Source: an uncultured delta proteobacterium
GTDB taxonomy: Bacteria > Desulfobacterota > Binatia > Binatales > Binataceae
Direction: 5' to 3'
Assembly: GCA_963805315.1 (NCBI GenBank)
Contig: CAWDTQ010000014.1
Location: forward strand, 523,058 to 587,057
Length of the DNA stretch: 64,000 nt
Shown here: one piece after another, positions 27,923-35,147 of the stretch
Position numbering within the stretch: the stretch's first letter is position 1
How the letters are laid out: each line of letters begins with the position of its first letter
Notes under the pieces: model-generated
Database searches by the model: none
Told to the model about the DNA's origin: nothing
What the model saw: only the letters and a program-made list of their open reading frames with translations
Program-made: the position numbers and the translations under genes

Positions 27923-30724
27923 ATGCCTCTGTCCTGGAATGAAATCCGCCATCGCGCAATTGCTTTTTCGAAGGAATGGACGGGCGCGAAAAGCGAAATA
28001 GCGGAAAAACAAACTTTTTGGAACGACTTCTTCAATGTCTTTGGCATCCGCCGTCGAGTTGTAGCGAGTTTTGAAGAACCGGTGAAGAAAATCTCTGGCG
28101 AGTACGGCTACATCGATTTGTTCTGGCCCGGGATCCTGCTCGTCGAGCACAAGAGTTTCGGGAAAGACCTCGGCAAGGCGGAGTCGCAGGCGTTCCGTTA
28201 CATCCAAGACCTCGCGCGCGAAGGACGCACAATTGAGGTTCCGCGCTACGTTATAGTCTCAGATTTTGCACGCATCGCGCTGCACGATCTTGAACCAGAA
28301 GCGAAAAACAAGCTGCAGCTGTCTACAGGGCGCCCCGTGGCCTCGCTGGAATTTCCCCTCGCCGACTTCCATCAACAGATACACCAGTTCGCATTCATCG
28401 CTGGCTACAAGCAGCACAAGTTTGCGGAACAAGACCCGATCAATATTGAGGCGGTCGAAATCATGGGCCGCCTCCACGACGCGCTTGAAGAGGGCGGCTA
28501 CTCAGGACATCAACTCGAACGTTTCCTTGTCCGCATCCTCTTTTGCCTCTTCGGCGAAGACACGGGCATCTTCGAACGTGAATCGTTCAAGCTCTACCTG
28601 CGGGACCGCACCGCTGAGGACGGCTCCGACCTCGGGTTGCACCTAGCGCGCTTGTTCGAAGTTCTGGATACGCCGCTAGAAAAGCGCCAGAAAAATCTCG
28701 ACGAATCTCTCGCCGCATTCGCCTATGTCAACGGTGAGCTTTTTGCCGAACATCTCGGCTTCGCCGACTTTAACAGCGACATGCGGAACGCCCTGCTCGC
28801 GTGCACTCACTTCGATTGGTCGCGCATCTCACCCGCGATTTTCGGATCGCTCTTTCAAGCTGTCATGGATCCGAAGGAACGGCGCCAAATAGGCGGCCAC
28901 TACACCAGTGAACGCGACATCCTGAAAGTCATCCGCTCGCTTTTCCTCGACGACTTGCAAGCCGAATTCGAGCGTGTCAAGAGCACCAAAGCCTGATTTA
29001 AGGCGCTTCCACAATAAGGTCGCTAAACTTCGCTTCCTCGACCCGGCGTGCGGCTGCGGCAATTTCCTCGTCATCACCTACCGCGAGCTGCGCTCGCTCG
29101 AAATCGAAATACTCAGGCTGCTTTATCCCGGCACGCAGCGCGAACTCGACATCCAGCATCTCTCGCTCATTGACGTGGACGCCTTCTACGGAATCGAGAT
29201 CAGCGAATGGCCGGCGCGCATCGCCGAAGTCGCCATGTGGCTAATGGACCACCAAATGAATATTCGACTCTCCGAGGCTTTCGGCCAATATTTCGTGCGC
29301 CTTCCGCTGAAGAAATCTCCCAAGATCGTCTGCGGCAATGCGCTCCGACTCGACTGGAAGAAGATCCTAGCGCCCAGCGCTTGCAGCTACGTGCTAGGCA
29401 ACCCACCGTTCGTGGGTGCTATGTACATGACTCCAGAGCAACGAGACGACATGCTTGGTGCATCGCACAACTTAAAAGGCGTGGGCGTCTTGGACTACGT
29501 GGGAGCGTGGTATTTCATCGCTTCTGAATACATAAAGGGAACGCAAGTCCGTGTTGGCTTCGTTTCTACAAACTCAATTTCGCAGGGCGAGCAAGTTGGC
29601 ATCCTCTGGTCTGAGCTTCTGTCGCGGCGAGTTAAAATCCTCTTCGCCCATCGAACCTTCACGTGGGAAAACGAAGCTCGCGGGAAGGCCCACGTTCACG
29701 TAGTCATCATCGGCTTCGGTGCTTTCGACGCAGGAGGCAAGCTGATTTACGATCACGATTCAAAAAGCGAGAAGGTCTCCGCGACGCTGGCCAGGAATAT
29801 CAGCCCTTATTTGGTGGAGGGAAGTGACTTCTGTCTCGCGAACCGCAGTATGCCTTTATGTGCAGTCCCCGAAATGCGATTCGGAAGTATGCCTCGGGAT
29901 GGAGGGCATTTCATACTCACAGATTCAGAGCGAGAGGAACTGCTGAAACTAGAACCAGAAGCCGCCAAATTCCTTCGCCCCTACACAGGGGCACAAGAGT
30001 TTATCAATGGTGGCTATAGGTGGTGTCTTTGGTTAGTGAATGCGAATCCGGCGGAACTGAAGAAACTTCCGTTGGTTCTTGACCACGTTGCCAACGTCAA
30101 AAAATTCCGTCTTGCAAGCAAAGCCGCTTCGACCAGGAAGTTTGCTGCAACTCCGACGCTGTTCTGCCAGATCGCGCAGCCCGACACCAAATACCTCTTA
30201 GTGCCAAGAGTTTCTTCGGAGAAGCGAAAGTACGTTCCGATCGGATTCGCGTCCCCGGACTTAATCGCGAACGATCAAACTTTGCTTATCCCCGATGCTG
30301 CGCGCTCTACCACTTCGCAGTCCTCTCTTCGGCAATGCATATGGCATGGGTTCGGCAACTCTGTGGCCGATTGAAGTCGGATTTCCGTTACTCAAAAGAC
30401 ATCGTGTACAACAACTACCCGTGGCCCGACGCGCCAAGTGTCAAGCAACGGGCGGCTGTGGAAGCTGCCGCCCAAGCGGTGCTGGATGCGCGCAAGGAAT
30501 TTCCCGGCGCCACGCTAGCAGAGCTTTATGACCCGTTGGCGATGCCGCCGACGCTCGTCAAAGCCCATGCCGAGTTGGACCGCGCCGTTGATCTCTGCTA
30601 CCGCCCGCAACCTTTCGAGAACGACCGCCAACGGGTCGAATACCTCTTGTTCCTCTACGAAAAACTGACCGCGCCTCTAATTGCCCCCTCCAAGAAAGGC
30701 CGACGAAAAACGCGCTCAATTTAG
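27923..30724 (+). CDS. MmeI-family type IIL restriction-modification enzyme (nuclease + N6-adenine methyltransferase + TRD in one polypeptide), broken into three ORFs by indels at ~28975-28995 and ~30298-30305
   Basis: The N-terminal nuclease motif is YIDLFWPGILLVEHKS (D...ExK). MTase motif I is FLDPACGCGNFL and motif IV is VLGNPPFVG. The conserved C-terminal region is AMHMAWVRQLCGRLKSDFRYSKDIVYNNYPWP. The three ORFs total ~930 aa. Confidence 0.85.
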
Positions 30725-30812
30725 GACACTACCGTCTATCCAACTCGGATCAGATGATCACGAATCGTCGTGGATTCCAACCGGCGCTTTGTCATTGGCG
30801 CAGGCGTGCGGT

Positions 30813-31715
30813 ATGGATCGAGCCACTATGCCGTCGCAACCGAAGAATCGAGTGGTCCGCGCATCGAACATGAATTTCACGGTACTCGAGATGGGCGAAT
30901 CAGAAGATCCGCTGGTGCTGTGCCTGCACGGCTTTCCCGACACCGCGCATTCGTTTCGCCATCAGATGCCCGCGCTGGCCGCGGCAGGATACCACTGCGT
31001 CGCCCCGTTCATGCGCGGCTACTCGCCAACCGAGCCCGCACCGGACGGCCGCTACGATTCTCCCGCGCTATCGGAGGACGCGCTCGCGCTGATAACCGCG
31101 CTGGGCTACAAGGACGCGATCGTGTTCGGGCACGATTGGGGCGCAGTCGCGGCATACGGCGCCGCGGCCGCGGCACCGGATCGCGTGACGAAGCTGGTCA
31201 CGGCCGCAGTCGGGTACGGCTCGAAATTTTTCGAGGCGCTCGTCACCAGCTACGCGCAGCAGCGCCGCTCCTGGTACATGTTTTTCTTCCAGACAAAAAT
31301 CGCCGAGGCGGCGGTGAGCCTCAACGACTTCGCGTTGCTGGAAAAGCTCTGGGCCGACTGGTCGCCCGGATGGAAATGGGCGGCCGAGGATATGGAAACG
31401 CTCAAGCGATGCTTTCGCGCCAAGGGCACGCTCGAGGCCGCGCTCGGCTACTATCGCGCAACGCTCGGTCCGGTGTTCAACATGCCGGTCGATCTGAAAG
31501 CTTTGGCGCCTGCGATGAACATACCGATCAACGTGCCCGCCCTGATGTTTCACGGGCGCGACGACGGATGCATCGGCAGCGAAACGCTCGACGGGATGGA
31601 GAAACTATTTCCGAAAGGATTGAAGATCGAGCTGGTACCGGGCGCCGGCCATTTCGTGCATCAGGAACGCCCCGATCACGTCAACGAACTGCTGCTGAAG
31701 TTCCTGAAGTCCTGA
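30813..31715 (+). CDS. Alpha/beta hydrolase (epoxide hydrolase-like)
   Basis: Contains PLVLCLHGFPDTAHSFRHQ, the nucleophile elbow FGHDWGA and C-terminal GAGHFVHQERPDHVNELLLKFL. The start is at 30813 or 30869. Confidence 0.85.
   Translation: MDRATMPSQPKNRVVRASNMNFTVLEMGESEDPLVLCLHGFPDTAHSFRHQMPALAAAGYHCVAPFMRGYSPTEPAPDGRYDSPALSEDALALITALGYKDAIVFGHDWGAVAAYGAAAAAPDRVTKLVTAAVGYGSKFFEALVTSYAQQRRSWYMFFFQTKIAEAAVSLNDFALLEKLWADWSPGWKWAAEDMETLKRCFRAKGTLEAALGYYRATLGPVFNMPVDLKALAPAMNIPINVPALMFHGRDDGCIGSETLDGMEKLFPKGLKIELVPGAGHFVHQERPDHVNELLLKFLKS
31677..31715 (+). repeat. Direct repeat A1 (3' end of the hydrolase gene), paired with 33773-33811
   Basis: cacgtcaacgaactgCtgctgaagttcctgaaGtcctga aligns with cacgtcaacgaactgAtgctgaagttcctgaaAtcctga. 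There are 2 mismatches in 39 nt by my hand alignment. Confidence 0.85.
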
Positions 31716-31794
31716 GCGCGACCCGGATTGAGCAGAGCCGCCGCGCGCAAGACAAGGCTGCGTCTTGTGTTGATATTTTGCACAGCCTTATACT

Positions 31795-32352
31795 ATGAAC
31801 GCCAGCGCGGCTCATCGCTTGACCCCGGAAATGTGCCGAGCCGGCCGCGCCCTTCTGGGTATCAGCCAAGCTCAGTTGGCGCGGGCGGCAGGCGTATCGA
31901 GGCTGACTATCGCTCATTTTGAGCGCGCGGCAAGCAAACCAATTCCGGTGAGTCTCGCGGCAATTCGCTCGGCACTTGAATCGTCCGGCATCGAACTGCT
32001 TCCGGGTGGCGCCGTACTACGCGAGCCCACCACCTCAGCGGTCCGGGGTCCCTCTCGGGAGGTTTCCGAGGTTCTACAAATTCTCCGGACTGCGGCGCCG
32101 CAGCTTCGGGAACTGGGCGTCAAACACGTCTCGCTTTTCGGCTCAACGGCGCGCGGCACTCAGCGCCCTGACAGTGACATCGATCTGCTACTCGACCTCG
32201 ACGAGCAACGAAAGATCGACCTGCTCGACTACGCGGGAATTGTTGCCGAGATCCAAAAATTGGTTCCGCAACGCGTGGATGCCGCCCTGCGCAGCACACT
32301 CAAACCTCACGTCGCTCGAAACGCTGTTCGAGACGAAATCAGTGTCTTCTAG
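31795..32352 (+). CDS. mntA: HTH(XRE-like)-fused minimal nucleotidyltransferase (MntA-like antitoxin)
   Basis: The N-terminal HTH is GISQAQLARAAGVSRLTIAHFE. The C-terminal NTase motif is LFGSTARGTQRPDSDIDLLLD. Confidence 0.8.
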   Translation: MNASAAHRLTPEMCRAGRALLGISQAQLARAAGVSRLTIAHFERAASKPIPVSLAAIRSALESSGIELLPGGAVLREPTTSAVRGPSREVSEVLQILRTAAPQLRELGVKHVSLFGSTARGTQRPDSDIDLLLDLDEQRKIDLLDYAGIVAEIQKLVPQRVDAALRSTLKPHVARNAVRDEISVF

Positions 32353-32693
32353 CGACCCCGAACAACGCTTGCGCGATATCATCGATAACATCACGCGGAT
32401 TCGATTCCTACGTGCAGGGCATCGCCGCCCCACAACTCGCCGCCGACCACAAGACGCAGGATGCCGTCGAACGATGCCTCGAGAAACGAATTTGCGAAGC
32501 TGCGCGAAAACTCGGCGATGCACTCGACGCCAAATATCCGGAAGCGGAATTTCCAAAACTCCGTCAACTCGGAAGCGTACTAAGACACGATTACGACGAT
32601 ATCGACACAGATATGCTCTGGCGCTCCGTGACAGAACGTCTGGATCCTCTCGAACACGCCTGTCGCAAAGAGTTAGGCGAGACTCTGAAATGA
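32342..32693 (+). CDS. hepT: HepT/DUF86-like toxin, with a frameshift near 32395-32410
   Basis: GTG 32342 overlaps the mntA stop. SSDPEQRLRDIIDNITRI (frame 1) continues as SYVQGIAAPQLAADHKTQDAVERCLE...LGSVLRHDYDDIDTDMLW (ORF 32412..32693). Confidence 0.7.
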
Positions 32694-32703
32694 GCTCAAA
32701 CTG

Positions 32704-32795
32704 TGATCACTGCCTTGAGCGCCGACGATGTAGCCTCGGAACATCGCCTGCGCGTTCATCGCGGGCCGGTATTCCGAAATCGAGCGCGAGCCGAG
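32704..32795 (-). repeat. Direct repeat A2: an orphan copy of the 3' end of the cupin gene, paired with 33809-33901
   Basis: About 92 nt align with 4 mismatches and 1 indel by my hand alignment. On the minus strand it encodes LGSRSISEYRPAMNAQAMFRGYIV, the same as the C-terminus of the intact cupin. Confidence 0.85.
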
Positions 32796-32920
32796 CTGAA
32801 GCCCACCGGCCAGTGGAGCAGTTCAAGTCCCAGCCCCATAGCCAGCAGCATCGCGGGATTGGCGCGGTCCCCGAAAGTTTCGTAGCAGAGCTCGATGCGG
32901 TTGGACTTTGCGGTCGGCAT
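32756..32920 (-). pseudogene. N-terminal remnant (~41 codons) of a second alpha/beta hydrolase, fused out of frame to the orphan cupin tail
   Basis: GGAGGTGA is followed by ATG 32920. MPTAKSNRIELCYETFGDRANPAMLLAMGLGLELLHWPVGF is a typical alpha/beta-hydrolase N-terminus. The reading frame then runs into repeat A2 at ~32796. Confidence 0.55.
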
Positions 32921-32922
32921 TG

Positions 32923-33762
32923 TCACCTCCATTCTTTTCCGGCCTTTGCCGCTCCTTCGGAGCCGCCCGGCGGGCGGCGTCCCCACACCGCCATGGTGAT
33001 GGCCGACATGGTGGCGAAGGCGGGGTCATTCAATCGTGCGAGCGCCTCCTCAACTTCCTCCGCCATGATCGCGCCCGACTTGACTGCGAAGCCCGCAGTC
33101 TTCTGGATCGCCAGACGCAGAGACGTGCAATGACGCCCGCCGCCCCGCATCATCTCGACCCTGCCCAGCGCTTCGACGTCAAGCAGGTCCTGCGCGCTCA
33201 CGTCGTCGAAAAGGCGCCGGCCATACTGGGAATGATCGGTCCTAGCAGACGGGCCCAGCACGCGGCGCGCTGCCACCACGAAGGCCGTCAGCACCTTTGT
33301 GACGATGTCGGACTGGCACCCGTGATGAAGGGTCACGAAGTCCGACGCTTCCACGAGCAGCCATCCGCCGGGCTTAAGCGCCGAGACCATGCGTGCGAGG
33401 GCTTTTCTACGGTCGGGAATCCACTCCAGCACCCAGCGCGCGTGCACGAGATCGAACGGGCCGCCTTCGGGAAGATCGTCGGCAACGATGTCGTGCCGAA
33501 GAAGTGCCAGGTTTGGGTACGACAGCCGCTCAAGGAAGGTCATTTCCAGGTCGGTCGCCATGACGTGGCCTTCATCTCCCACACGTTGACACAGCCACGC
33601 CGCGATCGACCCCGCGCCAGCGCCAACCTCCCAGCAACGCCATCCCGGGCCAACCCCGAGTGCCTCCAGGTGACGGATCGTTCCCGGGTCGAGCCCCTGC
33701 TCCAGGGCGGTCAGCCGCGCCCGCTCTTGGTCCCACGCTTGGTCGAATGGGTAGTTGCTCAT
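32923..33762 (-). CDS. Class I SAM-dependent methyltransferase
   Basis: Motif I is CWEVGAGAGSIAAWL, followed by DLVHARWVLEWI and LKPGGWLLVE. Confidence 0.85.
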   Translation of the reverse strand: MSNYPFDQAWDQERARLTALEQGLDPGTIRHLEALGVGPGWRCWEVGAGAGSIAAWLCQRVGDEGHVMATDLEMTFLERLSYPNLALLRHDIVADDLPEGGPFDLVHARWVLEWIPDRRKALARMVSALKPGGWLLVEASDFVTLHHGCQSDIVTKVLTAFVVAARRVLGPSARTDHSQYGRRLFDDVSAQDLLDVEALGRVEMMRGGGRHCTSLRLAIQKTAGFAVKSGAIMAEEVEEALARLNDPAFATMSAITMAVWGRRPPGGSEGAAKAGKEWR

Positions 33763-33772
33763 CGGCGCTCCT

Positions 33773-33811
33773 CACGTCAACGAACTGATGCTGAAGTTCC
33801 TGAAATCCTGA
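33773..33811 (+). repeat. Direct repeat B1: an orphan 3' tail (HVNELMLKFLKS*) of an alpha/beta hydrolase gene
   Basis: It aligns to 31677-31715. No hydrolase body lies upstream of it. Its TGA (33809-33811) abuts the cupin stop (TCA 33812-33814). Confidence 0.8.
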
Positions 33812-34186
33812 TCACCGACTTGAGCGCTCGACGATGTAGCCTCGGAACATCGCCTGGGCATTCATCGCGGGCCGGTATTCCGAAATCGAGCGCGAGCCGA
33901 GGCGGTCGTCGTTCCATACGGCGTGTGGCGTGCCGGGCGGAATGACCATCACACTCCCCCGCTCCAGGACGTACTCCTTTCCCGCCACGCGACATCGCAC
34001 GGTACCCTCGACGACTTCCAGGCGCTCCTCCTGATGCGTGTGAATGTGATCCCTGGGCGCGGCCGAGACTACGCGCGCGATATATTCGCATCGGAAGAGC
34101 TCGCCGGCGGTCTCCTCCGCCGACTTGAGGACGATCACTCGATCTTGTGTCGTTGTCGCGGGACGATCCGAAACCTGAGTCGCCAT
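33812..34186 (-). CDS. Cupin-domain protein (124 aa)
   Basis: Contains HIHTHQEERLEVVEGTVRCRVAGKEYVLERGSVMVIPPGTPHAVWN (cupin motifs 1 and 2). Confidence 0.8.
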   Translation of the reverse strand: MATQVSDRPATTTQDRVIVLKSAEETAGELFRCEYIARVVSAAPRDHIHTHQEERLEVVEGTVRCRVAGKEYVLERGSVMVIPPGTPHAVWNDDRLGSRSISEYRPAMNAQAMFRGYIVERSSR

Positions 34187-34261
34187 GATCTTTCTCCTCC
34201 GCCGAATGTCGCGTAAGGAGAGAATCTAACACCCCGACACCGATGACCTGATGCGCTACTC

Positions 34262-34279
34262 CTGACAGCCGTCTGTCAG
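34262..34279. promoter_or_regulatory. Candidate operator: perfect inverted repeat CTGACAG-N4-CTGTCAG upstream of the cupin gene
   Basis: The repeat lies 76 nt upstream of the cupin start. CCTGACAG occurs again at 34314-34321. The site sits between the WYL regulator gene and the cupin gene. Confidence 0.35.
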
Positions 34280-34350
34280 CAGCGTGCGTCGGGACGCGCG
34301 CAATCGGGAAGATCCTGACAGCATACCTTCAGGAGCCTTTGCAGCCGCGG

Positions 34351-35034
34351 TCAGGACTTGCTGAGAAGGTGGCGGAAGAGGTCTTCCGCCGACTTGCCGT
34401 CCTCCTGCTCGAAGGCTTCGCTCAGGAACTCAACGTTGTTCATGCGGTCGACGCGAAAGAACCGGAAATCATCGCGCAGTTCGCACCACGACGCCGCGGT
34501 CCAGAACGGCGGATAGAACCAGAGGCTCAACGGACGCACCTTGCGACGCGTCTCGCCGCCTTTCTCGTCGCAGTAGCGGAACCGAACTTTCCGGCCACCG
34601 CGAATCGCGGCGCGCAACCGTCCAAGATCGAACGAGACTGGCACCCGGCGCACATCCTTCGGCGCCCATAACGATCGATCATCCAACATCCGCTGCAGAT
34701 GCGCCGGCAACACATTCTCGATCTTCGACAATGCCGCGTCGGCCGCGCGACCCAGCTCGGCGTCGCTCCAGTTCTGCACCATGCGGGCGCCGAAGACGAG
34801 CGCCTCGAGCTCGCTCTCGCTGAACATGAGCGGCGGCAGATCGTATCCCTTGCGCAGCGAGTAACCGATCCCGGCCGCACCCTCGATAGGGACCTTGCTC
34901 GCGATCAGGTCGCTGATGTCGCGGTAGATAGTGCGCTCGCTCACGTTGAACTGTTCCGCGAGCGAGCCGGCGGTGACCACGCGCCGTCGGCGCAGCCGCT
35001 GAATGATCTCGAACAAGCGATCGGCGCGACGCAT
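34351..35034 (-). CDS. YafY-family transcriptional regulator (HTH + WYL domain)
   Basis: Reads MRRADRLFEIIQRLRRRRVVTAGSLAEQFNVSERTIYRDISDL, then the WYL region VRFRYCDEKGGETRRKVRPLSLWF. ATG 35034 is preferred over the longer ORF from 35103. Confidence 0.85.
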   Translation of the reverse strand: MRRADRLFEIIQRLRRRRVVTAGSLAEQFNVSERTIYRDISDLIASKVPIEGAAGIGYSLRKGYDLPPLMFSESELEALVFGARMVQNWSDAELGRAADAALSKIENVLPAHLQRMLDDRSLWAPKDVRRVPVSFDLGRLRAAIRGGRKVRFRYCDEKGGETRRKVRPLSLWFYPPFWTAASWCELRDDFRFFRVDRMNNVEFLSEAFEQEDGKSAEDLFRHLLSKS

Positions 35035-35085
35035 GATAATTGAGCTTCTCTCACTGTCACCGCCTAACGGCAACCCCCACTCGGC

Positions 35086-35146
35086 ACTGGGTGCAGGGGT
35101 CACCCCTGCCCAAGGAAGTGTGAAACCCAGGCGGGTTTCACATTAG
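35086..35146 (+). repeat. Full copy of the two-hairpin REP/MITE-like intergenic repeat
   Basis: Hairpin 1 is gcagggg-tca-cccctgc within GGGTGCAGGGGTCACCC (35089-35105). A 13-nt spacer follows. Hairpin 2 is tgtgaaaccc-aggc-gggtttcaca (35119-35142). It aligns almost base for base with the reverse complement of 62178-62236. Confidence 0.8.
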
Positions 35147-35147
35147 A

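Noticed and set aside
31976-33133. 385-aa plus-strand ORF spanning mntA, hepT and the methyltransferase region
   Set aside because: Only a ~20-codon piece (SSDPEQRLRDIIDNITRI, 32345-32400) is meaningful, as the HepT N-terminus. The rest is out-of-frame or antisense read-through with an Arg/Ser/Thr-rich composition.
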